DNA of 64,000 bases, taken from assembly GCA_963705455.1 (NCBI GenBank), contig CAVPJM010000002.1, positions 555,870 to 619,869 on the forward strand. The letters run 5' to 3'. Both the position numbers and the translations under genes were made by a program. Below the pieces are notes generated by a model. That model searched no databases. It was given only the letters and a program-made list of their open reading frames with translations, and was not told the DNA's origin. Below, piece after piece: positions 25,673-36,502 of this stretch. Each line of letters starts with the position of its first letter. The first letter of the stretch is position 1. The DNA is from Sulfurovaceae bacterium. GTDB taxonomy: Bacteria > Campylobacterota > Campylobacteria > Campylobacterales > Sulfurovaceae.

Positions 25673-26252
25673 ATGATGTTTAAATTACTCTTCATTTGTA
25701 TGTCTATTCTTACTACAGGAATGACCAGTGAAGAGTATGAAGTCTTGCCCCTTATAGGTACAGAGACTATGCCTATTGATAAAACAGTTTTTAAACTTAT
25801 TAAAAATGATAGTGAAAAAATAGTTGATCTCACAGGAAAAAACTTTATCGTTGTATCTGTACGTGAACGTGGAAGTGACGGTCGTTTTTATGCTGTAGAC
25901 AGTGATGGTACAGTATGGTGGAGTGGTCCTGTAACATCTGGTGCACCTGAGTTTAGAAGTCCATCAGGTATTTTTACTATCTTTCAGAAAAAACGTTACC
26001 ATATGTCAACATTTATGGCCTGATGAAAGCGGTGTAAACAATATGGATTATATGATGAAGTTTACTCAGAGAGGTCATGCGTTACATAAGGGAAGTGTAG
26101 ATTGGATGTCCCATGGCTGTATACACATTGATCCAAAGGATGTACCAGTGATCTATAACTGGTCTAACTATAATACCAAAGTAGTCATTACCAGACATAG
26201 CTATATGCCTTTTGCAAGAGAAGATTTGAAAAGAATTTACGGGAAGAGATAA
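25673..26252 (+). CDS. L,D-transpeptidase (YkuD) family protein, 1 frameshift
   Basis: SPSGIFTIFQK, NMDYMMKF, ALHKG...SHGCIH. Confidence 0.85.
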
Positions 26253-26261
26253 AGAAGTCTA

Positions 26262-27020
26262 TTACAACTCTTTCGCTCTTTTATAGGCTTTTTCTATGGC
26301 ATTCATAAAAGCTGCTCTTACATTGCCATCTTCGAGTGCTGCATAACCTGCAGCAGTTGTGCCGCCTGGACTCATCACGCCGTCTTTAAGAAGTGAAGGA
26401 TGTATCTCTTGTATGAGTTCTCCAAAACCTAAGAAGAGACCTCTCATAGCAGCCATGGCATGTTCTCTTTTAAGTCCTTGTTTGACAGCACCATCTGCTA
26501 GTGCTTCGGCAACAAGTGCTAAATATGCAGGGCCGGAACCGGCCAATGCAGTCGCAATATCTATCTCTTTCTCACTGTCCAACCAAAGTGTTTCACCTAT
26601 GGCACCTAAGAGTGTGTGTGCTTCTTCTTTAAACTCTGTATCACCAGTAAGTGTAGTCATAGATCTACCTACACTAGCAGCAAGATTTGGCATAGTTCTT
26701 ACCACAGCATTGGTATTGAAATACTGTTTAAGTTTTTCAAGAGATGTTCCTGCAAGTACAGAATAGATGACTCTTGCTGTACCTGTAAGTCTAGCAGCTA
26801 CTTCTTCTACATTGGCAGGTTTGACACATAAGAGTATGGTTTTATCAGTGATATCAAAATCGTCGAGGAGGTATTTTTTTATTTGTGTACCCAGTGCTTC
26901 TTCAAAAGCATTCAGTTTTTCCATATTTCTTCCGACTACTTCAATATCGTATGTATCCTTGAGACCTTTGGCGATGCTAAGTCCCATGTTCCCATTACCT
27001 ATAAATGTGATTGTTTGCAT
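26262..27020 (-). CDS. proC: Pyrroline-5-carboxylate reductase
   Basis: FIGNGNMG, RTMPN, GSGPAY, SPGGTT. Confidence 0.96.
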   Translation of the reverse strand: MQTITFIGNGNMGLSIAKGLKDTYDIEVVGRNMEKLNAFEEALGTQIKKYLLDDFDITDKTILLCVKPANVEEVAARLTGTARVIYSVLAGTSLEKLKQYFNTNAVVRTMPNLAASVGRSMTTLTGDTEFKEEAHTLLGAIGETLWLDSEKEIDIATALAGSGPAYLALVAEALADGAVKQGLKREHAMAAMRGLFLGFGELIQEIHPSLLKDGVMSPGGTTAAGYAALEDGNVRAAFMNAIEKAYKRAKEL

Positions 27021-27206
27021 TTTCTACCCTTATTGATATCATACTTCGTTACCTATACCCTAACAGGCTTTTATAGAAAATTAGTAAATTGTTTCCCGTA
27101 AAAAATTTACCTTAGGTAAGAAGTATCTTTATATTAATTGATAGGATTATAACATTATTAGTATTTATTTGTTAAAATAGGCCCAATTATAGAGATAGGA
27201 ATAATA

Positions 27207-28439
27207 ATGGAAGCATTTTTACAGGAAGCCAAAGCATCAAGCAGGATTTTATCTACAGTAAGCGGAGCGGATAAAAATAGAATTTTAAAAGAGATGGCAG
27301 CAGCTTTACGTGTCAACACAGGTGACATCCTTAAGGCCAATGCACTGGATATGGCTGATGCAGAGACAAACAACCTCGCAGCTTCACTCAAAGACAGACT
27401 TTTTTTAGATGAGGGGCGTGTAGAGAGTATGGCTGTTGCAATTGAAGAGATTTCTGCACTCAAAGAACCAGTGGGGCGTGTACTTGATGGTTGGGTGACA
27501 GAAGATGGTCTTAAGATAGAGAAAGTCACTGTGCCTATAGGTGTGATAGGTATCATTTATGAATCCCGTCCGAATGTGACTTCCGATACGGCGGCATTAA
27601 GTTTTAAATCTTCAAATGTTTGTGTACTCAAAGGCGGGAAAGAAGCACAGCATTCAAATGAAGCAATTGCTAAAGTTTTGCAGGGAGTACTTGCGTCCAA
27701 TAATCTGCCAGAAGCAATTATTTCACTTATACCAGATGCTTCACGTGAGGGAGTATCAAAGCTCATTAAGATGGATAAGTATGTAGATCTTATAGTGCCT
27801 CGTGGCGGTGAAGGTCTGATCCGTTATGTGAGTGAAAATGCTTCCGTTCCTGTAGTAAAACATGATAAAGGTCAGTGTCATACCTATATAGATGAAGATG
27901 CCAATGTGCAAAATGCTATTGCTATTGCTATCAATGCTAAAGTGCAAAGACCGGGGGTCTGTAATGCAATGGAGACACTACTTGTAGATGCAGCTATTGC
28001 CGAGGAAGTACTTCCTCAACTCAAAGAAGCATTTGATGAAGCACATACGCAACTTAAAGGGTGTGAAATTACACAAAAGAGTATAGATGTAGAGACTGCA
28101 ACCGAGGCAGATTATGATACAGAGTATTTGGCCAATATTTTAAATATTAGAGTTGTTGATGGAGTAAATGGTGCCATTGATCATATCGTACGGCATGGTT
28201 CTGGTCATTCTGAAGCGATCATTACTGAGAACATTACAACAGCGGAAATTTTCCTTAATGGTATAGATGCAGCAGCTGTGTATGTGAATGCCTCTACACG
28301 TTTTACAGATGGTGGAGCATTTGGGTTTGGAGCGGAAGTCGGTATTAGTACTAACAAACTCCATGCACGCGGTCCTATGGGTATAGAGGGATTAACGACA
28401 TATAAATTCAAGATCTATGGCTCAGGGCAGATACGGTAA
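27207..28439 (+). CDS. proA: Gamma-glutamyl phosphate reductase
   Basis: IIYESRPNVT, VCNAMET, NASTRFTDG, KLHARGPMG. Confidence 0.97.
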   Translation: MEAFLQEAKASSRILSTVSGADKNRILKEMAAALRVNTGDILKANALDMADAETNNLAASLKDRLFLDEGRVESMAVAIEEISALKEPVGRVLDGWVTEDGLKIEKVTVPIGVIGIIYESRPNVTSDTAALSFKSSNVCVLKGGKEAQHSNEAIAKVLQGVLASNNLPEAIISLIPDASREGVSKLIKMDKYVDLIVPRGGEGLIRYVSENASVPVVKHDKGQCHTYIDEDANVQNAIAIAINAKVQRPGVCNAMETLLVDAAIAEEVLPQLKEAFDEAHTQLKGCEITQKSIDVETATEADYDTEYLANILNIRVVDGVNGAIDHIVRHGSGHSEAIITENITTAEIFLNGIDAAAVYVNASTRFTDGGAFGFGAEVGISTNKLHARGPMGIEGLTTYKFKIYGSGQIR

Positions 28440-28512
28440 AAAGTTACTTTGCCTAAGGCACACTAAAGTTTGATTAGCTAGAATAACACAAATTTAATAT
28501 ATAGGAAACATT

Positions 28513-29028
28513 ATGACAATTACAAATGAAAATTGTGTAGTAGGTATCGAATACGAAGTTAAACAAGCAGGTACAACAGAAGTTGTAGACAGCAACAAAG
28601 GTGCAGCACCACTAGAATTCATCATCGGAAAAGGGCAGATCATTCCAGGTCTTGAAAATGCACTTGTGGGTATGAGTCAAGGTGAAAGCGGAGATATTAT
28701 GGTTGCAGCTGCAGATGCGTATGGAGATGTAAATCCAGAAGCAATGCAAACACTTCCAAAAGATCAGTTCGACGGTGTTGATCTTGTAGAAGGTATGACA
28801 CTTTATGGTCAAGGTGAAGGTGGTCAAACTGTACAAGTAACAGTAAAATCATTCGATGATAACGAAGTACAAGTAGACTTTAATCACCCATTGGCTGGTA
28901 AAGACTTAATGTTCTCAGTAACTGTTGTAAGTGCAAGAGAAGCAACTGCAGATGAAGTAACTTCTGGTGTAGTTGGTGGTGCACCGGCATCTGGTGGTAG
29001 CTGTGGTACTGGATGTGGTTGCCACTAA
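28513..29028 (+). CDS. slyD: FKBP-type peptidyl-prolyl isomerase SlyD
   Basis: GQIIPGLE, DFNHPLAGKDL, Cys/His tail GGSCGTGCGCH. Confidence 0.94.
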   Translation: MTITNENCVVGIEYEVKQAGTTEVVDSNKGAAPLEFIIGKGQIIPGLENALVGMSQGESGDIMVAAADAYGDVNPEAMQTLPKDQFDGVDLVEGMTLYGQGEGGQTVQVTVKSFDDNEVQVDFNHPLAGKDLMFSVTVVSAREATADEVTSGVVGGAPASGGSCGTGCGCH

Positions 29029-29042
29029 TCCATCTTTTTCTT

Positions 29043-29074
29043 TAGCGTCATCTTTTTGTTAAAGAGTGGCGCTA
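29043..29074 (+). terminator. Imperfect stem-loop after slyD
   Basis: tagcgtca...tggcgcta arms with internal cttt/aaag pairing. Confidence 0.4.
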
Positions 29075-29269
29075 TATTCACTCCTTCCTTTAACATATTA
29101 CTCTGTACTTTTTTAGATATCTACTCAAACTTGGCCAACCCCAACGAAAGTAAATATACTTTCTGATATATCAAAATCTCCTTTTTTGTTTAAAATTTGT
29201 ACTACAATCATTAGTGATTTGTATGATATTTTGATAAAATATACTCTTAGAATTTTTTAAAGGGATAGC

Positions 29270-30576
29270 ATGAATAACATAGAAGAGCTTTTTGATATCA
29301 ATATCATATTGATAAATCTGTTTTCATCTTTAGAGACAATAAGAGATCAAAAAAAGATTGAGCTTATCTATGATATGCAAACGACAATACCAAAAGAATT
29401 GAGAGGTGATCCTACAGTATTGTTACGATTACTTACCAAAATGCTCACTTTTGTTTTACAAAACACTGATAAAAAAGAAATAGTGTTGTCTCTTGAAGCT
29501 CCTGCAGATTTTTTCTATGAAGAGTTAATGTCTTTTAAAATTAATGAAACAAATATAGCTAAAGAAAAGGTTTTGGAATTTTTAGAAACCAATTTAAGTA
29601 AGGATCTTGAAATTCTTCAGGGAAAGATTGTTTATGATAGAGATACAGATATCCATTTAGATATACCTTTTAAAATAAATGAGTTGGGGTTTAGACGGCA
29701 TTATAGATTACCAGATGTATCCATGCTGGATAAGAAGGTTTTATTGATCTGTGAGAGTGAAAAAGCTAGCGCAAAGTATCAAGGAAATGCTTAACTACTT
29801 TAAATATGAGGTTGATGTGGGATTTGATGCATTCAAAAGGCAAGGAAATGATCTGACTCCATATGATATTCTAATCGTAGAAGATAAAATGAATTCAGAG
29901 GAGTTTGAACATATCATTGCCGGAGTGCAGCAAAATATACCCCTTAAATATGTGATCTTAAAAGATGATCATGATGTAGAAACAAAAACAATAAGTGTCT
30001 CTACACATTTGATCAAACCAGTTACTGAAGAGAGTATCTATGAATTGATCGTATCACTTTTTAAGAATGGTGTGCATGAGAGAGAGGTCAGATCACAGGC
30101 TCTAAAAAATATTGTTGATCTTGAAAAAGTGCTTCAGGTAAAAAAGAATGATATAAATGAAAATAACATAAATCAAAATGGTGTATTGGAAGATCAACTT
30201 CATACTATGATCGAAAGTAAGAAAGGTACATGAATTAGCTATTTTGGATAGAGAACTAGGAGAACTGAACACAAAAAAAATGGGTTTAAAATATGCAAAT
30301 GAATTAAAAAACTTTTTAGATACTTTTGATCGTTCTGATATCTATTTTAGAGATATTGTACATGAAAAAGCAACACATAAAATTAAAGAATTTTGTATAG
30401 ACCTTGAAAAACATGCAAAGCTTATTGGGGCTGAGAGTATGTTGAAATTTGCAGATATCGTAAGTCTCATTTTCGTTTATAATAAACTAGATATGTTGCC
30501 AATTTATCCGGGAAAGTACCATATCGAATTACAAAAACTTATTGATGAGATCAAAAAAGATCTACGTATAAAATAG
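29270..30576 (+). CDS. Degenerate hybrid two-component protein (HATPase-like + receiver-like + Hpt-like), 2 frameshifts
   Basis: IPKELRGDPTVLLRLL, KKVLLI...YDILIVED...HLIKPV and DLEKHAKLIGA across ORFs 29270-29794, 29751-30233 and 30244-30576. Confidence 0.6.
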
Positions 30577-30585
30577 TCGGATAGA

Positions 30586-30774
30586 CTAGATCTTTTCCAT
30601 TGCTTCAAAATCACTTTTAATCGTGTCACAATCTGGAAAGGCCAATCTTTTGGGATGTTCTCAAAAGAAGTATCTAGCTCTCTAATACTACATTCAGAAT
30701 CTGATAATATTTCGTCATAGATTATATTTACAGAGCGTACAAATTGACTTTTTATCCAAGATAATCTTTCTCAT
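30586..30774 (-). pseudogene. Rubredoxin-like gene with two compensating indels (pseudogene or assembly error)
   Basis: Manual minus-strand translation gives ICTLCKY/IYDE...TSFENIPKDWP/PDCDTIKSDFEAME, matching the rubredoxin pattern; absent from the ORF track. Confidence 0.72.
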
Positions 30775-30851
30775 GTCAGGTGTTACTATCATATCATAAT
30801 TTGAAAGATGTTAAAATACATAAAATATTTTAATACTTCTAAAGGACACGT

Positions 30852-31794
30852 ATGTCAATCAAATGCGCATTTTTATTTCCAGGACAGGGTTCACAAGCTG
30901 TAGGGATGGGTCAAGACTTTTTTAACAACTCTGATATTGCAAAACAGATGGTAGCTGATGCCAGTACAAGAACAGGTATTAATTTTGAAAAGCTGCTTTT
31001 TGAAGAGAATGAAAATCTTGAGAAAACAGAGTTTACACAACCTGCTATCTTACTTGTATCTGACTATAGCTCATAAGCTTTTTGAAAATGAAATGCCTAT
31101 CAAACCGGTTTATGCATTGGGTCACTCTTTGGGTGAATTTTCTGCACTTGTTTCTGTAGGTGCAATAGATGCTATAGATGCTGTAGAACTTGTGAATCTT
31201 CGTGGTAAACTTATGGCTGAAGCATGTGCTGGACAAGATGTGGGGATGATGGTATCTTTGGGTCTTGAAGATGAGGTAGTTGAAGAGATCTGTGATGCAC
31301 AAAGAGAAGCAGGTATGAAAGTATGGCCTGTAAATTACAATGCTGAAGGACAGATAGTTATCGCCGGTATCAAATCTGATCTTGAAGTATTAGCTCCTCT
31401 ATTGAAAGAGGCTAAAGCAAAAAGAGCAATGCTTTTGAATATGTCAGTGGCAAGTCATTGTCCACTGCTTGAGAGTGCTACTGCACCATTGTCTGAGAAA
31501 CTTGCAGAGATGTTAAAAGATGAGTTCATTGCACCAGTGATCTCTAATGTAACAGCGAAGACATATGATACGAAAGCAGAAGCACTGGACTTACTACCGA
31601 AACAGTTGGTTTCTCCTGTACTCTACAAGCAGTCTATAGCAGCATTTGATGATTCTGTAGATTGTTATGTTGAGTTTGGACATGGTGGTGTTCTTAAGGG
31701 ACTGAACCGTAAGGCAACTTCAAAACCTCATTTTGTTGTTTCAGATATGGAGTCGCTTCAAATAGCGCTAACTGAGATCGCTAAATTACAGTAA
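30852..31794 (+). CDS. fabD: Malonyl-CoA-ACP transacylase, 1 frameshift
   Basis: FPGQGSQ, TQPAIL, GHSLGE, SVASHC. Confidence 0.96.
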
Positions 31795-31830
31795 CTTATA
31801 ACACGTATCAAAATAGAAAAGGAAGTATCA

Positions 31831-32532
31831 ATGGCAAAGCGTAAAATAGCAATTATGGGTGCAATGCCTGAAGAGATAGAACCCATCATAGGCAAACTTG
31901 ACAATGTACATACAATAGTATATGGAGATAATAAATACTATGAAGGTTCTTACAATGGACAAGAGGTTGTAGTTGCATACTCTAAAATAGGTAAAGTATT
32001 CGCAACTTTAACTGCTACAACGCTTATAGAAAAATTTGGTTGTGATATACTCCTTTTCTCTGGTGTAGCAGGAGCGATAAGTGATAAACTTAAAATCGGT
32101 GATCTGATCATAGCAAATGGACTTTGCCAACATGACTTGGATATTACTGCATTTGGTCATCCTTTTGGATATGTACCAGAGGGAAAAGTGTGTATTCCTA
32201 CAGATGCAGGGTTACGTAATATTGCACAAGAAGTAGCTAAGAAAAAAGGATTAACACTCAAAGAAGGTCTTATTGCAACAGGAGATCAATTTGTTGCAGA
32301 TGTAGAACGTAAAAACTGGATAGCTTCTACCTTTAAAGCAGATGCTTTAGAGATGGAGGGTGCAAGTGTTGCAGTAGTGTGTAATGCTTTAAATGTACCT
32401 TTTTTCATTTTGCGTGCCATCTCTGACAGTGCTGATATGGATGCAAGTTTTAATTTTGATGAATTTTTGGAAAGTTCAGCAAAAATATCTGCTGATTTCA
32501 TCTTGAACATGGTGGATGAACTTGGACAATAA
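31831..32532 (+). CDS. mtnN: MTA/SAH nucleosidase
   Basis: IMGAMPEE, SKIGKV, EMEGAS, RAISD. Confidence 0.95.
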   Translation: MAKRKIAIMGAMPEEIEPIIGKLDNVHTIVYGDNKYYEGSYNGQEVVVAYSKIGKVFATLTATTLIEKFGCDILLFSGVAGAISDKLKIGDLIIANGLCQHDLDITAFGHPFGYVPEGKVCIPTDAGLRNIAQEVAKKKGLTLKEGLIATGDQFVADVERKNWIASTFKADALEMEGASVAVVCNALNVPFFILRAISDSADMDASFNFDEFLESSAKISADFILNMVDELGQ

Positions 32533-33334
32533 TCAAAGACGTATTCCCTCTAAAAGCATACCTGTAAGTAAAAAGCTGCTTAAATTGGCGGGTAAGACCA
32601 ATGCAGAGTTTAAACTGATAGGAGAAGGTGATAAAGTTCTGGTTGGACTCAGCGGAGGAAAAGACTCTCTTGCACTTGTACATATTTTGAAGCATATGCA
32701 GCGGCATGCACCTTTTAATTTTGAGTTTGAAGCTTGTACCATAAAGTATGGTATGCCTGATGAACATTATGCATTTCTTGAAGCACACTGTAAAGAGTAT
32801 GGTATTAAACATACAGTGTATGATACCAATATCTTTGATATCTCACATGATACGATACGTGACAACTCTTCATTCTGTTCTTATTTTTCACGTATGAGAA
32901 GAGGGGCACTTTATAGTTTTGCAGAAGAAGGTGGTTTTACGAAGGTAGCACTGGGACATCATTTTGATGATACAGTAGAGAGCTTTTTTATGAATATGTT
33001 TTACAATGGAAGTATGAGAGCCTTAGCACCTATCTACAAAACAAGTCGAGGCTTTCATCTTATACGTCCATTGATACAAGCAAGAGAGACACAACTGCGT
33101 GCTTTTGCGCAAGAGAATAACTTGCAAGTGATAGGTGATGAAGCCTGTCCTGCAATGCTAAAAGATGTGAAGATGCCTTATGCAAGAGCAGCTACTAAAG
33201 AGTGGTTGTCCGGACTTGAAAAGGAGAATAAAGACATTTTTAAAATGTTCAGAGCTTCATTTAAACATATACATGATGATACTTTTTTTGATCCAGAACG
33301 TTGGAATAGAGATGATATAAAGGAAATACTGTGA
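32516..33334 (+). CDS. ttcA: tRNA 2-thiocytidine biosynthesis TtcA-family PP-loop ATPase
   Basis: SGGKDS, FCSYFSRMRRG, LGHHFDD, IRPL. Confidence 0.88.
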   Translation: MNLDNNQRRIPSKSIPVSKKLLKLAGKTNAEFKLIGEGDKVLVGLSGGKDSLALVHILKHMQRHAPFNFEFEACTIKYGMPDEHYAFLEAHCKEYGIKHTVYDTNIFDISHDTIRDNSSFCSYFSRMRRGALYSFAEEGGFTKVALGHHFDDTVESFFMNMFYNGSMRALAPIYKTSRGFHLIRPLIQARETQLRAFAQENNLQVIGDEACPAMLKDVKMPYARAATKEWLSGLEKENKDIFKMFRASFKHIHDDTFFDPERWNRDDIKEIL

Positions 33335-33642
33335 AACTGTTTTTACTGTTACCCTTACTTTTTGTGAGTTTGTTTGCAGATGATGACCTAGATCCGTCAG
33401 ATTTAGCTCCAGATGAAAATATACACCCTTCAGAATTTACGGTTAAATTGATAAAAAACTGTGAGGTTCTTGCATTAAGCGTAGAACCTGACCGTAAAGC
33501 AAAAAAGATCTATACCAATATATGGACAAATGGCTGTGTCCAAAATCTTGGCTGTATAAGAGAGGTCACTCAAAAAGAACTTGATGCGTTACCTGAAAAC
33601 GAAAAGAGATTTTATGGCATGGAAATACCCTGTATGGTGTAA
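33331..33642 (+). CDS. Hypothetical exported protein
   Basis: Signal peptide (LFA cleavage), 4 Cys, overlaps ttcA stop. Confidence 0.55.
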   Translation: MKLFLLLPLLFVSLFADDDLDPSDLAPDENIHPSEFTVKLIKNCEVLALSVEPDRKAKKIYTNIWTNGCVQNLGCIREVTQKELDALPENEKRFYGMEIPCMV

Positions 33643-33734
33643 AGTGGATGCCAATGGCAAAAGAGGCTGGGTACGTAAACAGTTTCTCGTAGATGAGCCT
33701 TGTAAGCAGCAAGACTGAGTATTTTCGAAAAAGT

Positions 33735-34690
33735 ATGAATATATTTACAGCCACAGTATCAGGACGTCTGGACAAGATACTTGCAGTCCAACTTGATGTA
33801 AGTCGTAATCAAGTTGAAAAGCTTGTAAAAGAAGGGCTTGTATGTGTGAATGATAAAATGATCACAAAGAGCAGTTTTAAAGTTACGGAAGGTGATATTG
33901 TTTCTTATATGTATTAAAGAAGCAGAAAAAAGAGTGGCTCCACCTATAGATTTTGATGTAGAGATACTATATGAAGATGAGTATCTTTTAGTGGTCAATA
34001 AACCTTCTGGACTTGTGGTTCATCCTGCACCTTCCGTGAAAGAGCCTACACTTGTGGATTGGTTGATCCATAAGGGAATATCTCTTTCAACGATCAGCGG
34101 AGAAGAGCGTTATGGTATCGTACACCGTATAGATAAAGAGACTACGGGTGCACTGGTGGTGGCCAAAGACAATAAAATACATGAGGCATTGAGCTTACAA
34201 TTACAAGATAAAAGTATGGGACGTTACTATTTGGCGTTGATTGATTATCCGCTTAAAGATGATACCGTAGTAGATAAACCCATAGGACGTAATCCTAAAA
34301 ATAGGCTCAAGATGGATGTGGTCCCTGATGGAAGATCTGCGAAAACAGCATTTGTAAAACTGCTTACAAGCAACTAATGGTGTTGAACTTATAGCAGCAA
34401 AACTGTTTACGGGAAGGACGCATCAGATACGGGTACATTTAAATACGCTTGGACGTCATATTTTAGGTGATGATTTATATGGGTTTAAGAGCAAAAGAGA
34501 TAAAATCTCTAGAGTTAATTTGCATGCATATTTACTGTATCTGGTCCATCCTGTAACCGGTAAAAGAATGGAGTTCCTCGCCCCACTTTTTGAAGATATG
34601 AAAGTGTATATATCTAAAAATTTTGATCAAGGTAAAGTGGATGAAAAAATCGATCCTCATACTCTGGGTACTCTCTTTAATAAATTTTAA
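33735..34690 (+). CDS. rluD: RluA/RluD-family pseudouridine synthase, 2 frameshifts
   Basis: S4 domain RLDK...SRNQ, NKPSGLVVHP, HRIDKETTG; TGRTHQIRVH in a shifted frame. Confidence 0.92.
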
Positions 34691-35305
34691 TGGTTGTGGT
34701 GCTGCTAAGGGATTGATGACATATGGGACAGATCCTGCATTAGATACTATTACGCAAGTACATGCTTTACCTAAGATGAACTCTGTAGGTTTTGAGTGGG
34801 AAAAGATAGAGGATCATCGTATACATGGTGTGAATATTTACAGAGAAAATGTTTCACAAGCTATACCTAGTTACAAACGTATAGGTACAGTAGGTAACCG
34901 TTATGCAACACACTTTGTGGATAGACATGTGAACGCAGACACTACATATCGTTATACTTTTAGTACTTTTTCGTTTGGAAAAGAGTCTAGACGCAGTGAA
35001 CCGATCGAGGTAAAAACACTACCTGCATTCTCGGAAGTCTCTTTTGTGAAAGCTTATAAAGTAGCACCCTCTGTAGTAAAACTTCTATGGAAACCACATG
35101 AGATACAAGTATTAATAGCTATATCGTAGAACGCTCTGTAGACGGATCTGAATGGAAATTTGTCTCACAGGTAAAAGGACAATTGATGGCAGAATACATT
35201 GATACTTTTGTGAGAAGTGGACATACATATAGTTACCGGATCATTGCACAAAGTTTTGACAAGATACGCGCTAATCCTAGCCAACCAACAAAAATTACAT
35301 TATAA
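34641..35305 (+). CDS. Fibronectin type III domain lipoprotein, 1 frameshift
   Basis: FNGC lipobox, VGFEW, YATHFVD, YRY motifs; conserved position between rluD and trmB. Confidence 0.8.
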
Positions 35306-35314
35306 GCAGGAACA

Positions 35315-36499
35315 ATGCCACATTTAAAAGTTACCCCTTTTGATACTTCTATAGTAGAACAACAGTTAAACAAAAGTCCAATGATGACTTTTTGTGCTAA
35401 AGCACTGAACCGTAATGAGATGCTGATAGGTGTTGAACATGCAGGAGAAGAATTTTTACTGCAACTCAAACCAGATGAGAAAGCCTATTTGTTAAAATAT
35501 GATAAAGTAACCAGACCTCTGAAGGTGAACATACTAAAAGAAGCATTGGAGAGTGTTTCAAATGAGTTGAATCTGGATGTACTCTCTTCAAATATTACTA
35601 TATCAAATACTAAAAGTGCACTCTCTTCAGAACATTTTAAGAAGATAGAAGATTTTGAAAACATTACATATCCTAAAGAGAAGATCTCTGTTGAAGTGGG
35701 ATTTGGGAGTGGACGACATCTGCTTCATCAGGCAAAAAAGAATCCCGATACGCTTTTTATAGGAATAGAGATACATACACCTTCTGCGCAACAGGTACTT
35801 AAACAGATAGAACTTCAAAAACTTGACAACATTTGGGTAGTGAATTATGATGCAAGACTGTTTTTGGAGATGTTACCTTCAAATGTATGTGAACAGATAT
35901 TTGTGCACTTTCCTGTACCTTGGGATAAGAAACCACACAGAAGGGTTATAAGTTCCAGTTTTTTAGATGAATCTATGAGAGTATTAAGAAAAGGAGGGCG
36001 TTTAGAACTGCGTACAGATAGTGACAAGTACTTTTGGTATGCACTAGAGACTTTCTTTGCTGTTCCTAAGGTTGAAGTTAAAGTACGTAAAAATGAAGCC
36101 TTGGAGGTTACGAGTAAGTATGAGGCAAGATGGCTTAGACAAGAGAAAGATATCTATGATGTCTATGTTAAATGTACACAGGAATCAGCACCTAAAGACG
36201 TGACTATAGATTTTAATTTTAATGATGTAAAATATACCAAAGGAATAGAAGAACGTTTACCTACAAAAGCATTGGTTTTTGAGGGGTATTTTATACACTT
36301 TGAACGTGTATACAGAATATCTGAAGAAAGTTTCCTTATAAAATGTGCTTTTGGAAGTTTTGATAGACCAGAACATAAATATATTATATTAACAAAAGAG
36401 AGTTGTAGATATTTTGTTTCACCTCCCGTGAAGACAACAGTCAACTATCAGGCACATCAAAAACTAGCTGAGCTAATAATGCTCGTTAAAGGAGAGTAG
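35315..36499 (+). CDS. trmB: tRNA (guanine-N7)-methyltransferase
   Basis: EVGFGSG, HFPVPWDKKPHRR, LRTD, SKYE. Confidence 0.94.
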   Translation: MPHLKVTPFDTSIVEQQLNKSPMMTFCAKALNRNEMLIGVEHAGEEFLLQLKPDEKAYLLKYDKVTRPLKVNILKEALESVSNELNLDVLSSNITISNTKSALSSEHFKKIEDFENITYPKEKISVEVGFGSGRHLLHQAKKNPDTLFIGIEIHTPSAQQVLKQIELQKLDNIWVVNYDARLFLEMLPSNVCEQIFVHFPVPWDKKPHRRVISSSFLDESMRVLRKGGRLELRTDSDKYFWYALETFFAVPKVEVKVRKNEALEVTSKYEARWLRQEKDIYDVYVKCTQESAPKDVTIDFNFNDVKYTKGIEERLPTKALVFEGYFIHFERVYRISEESFLIKCAFGSFDRPEHKYIILTKESCRYFVSPPVKTTVNYQAHQKLAELIMLVKGE

Positions 36500-36502
36500 A
36501 GC

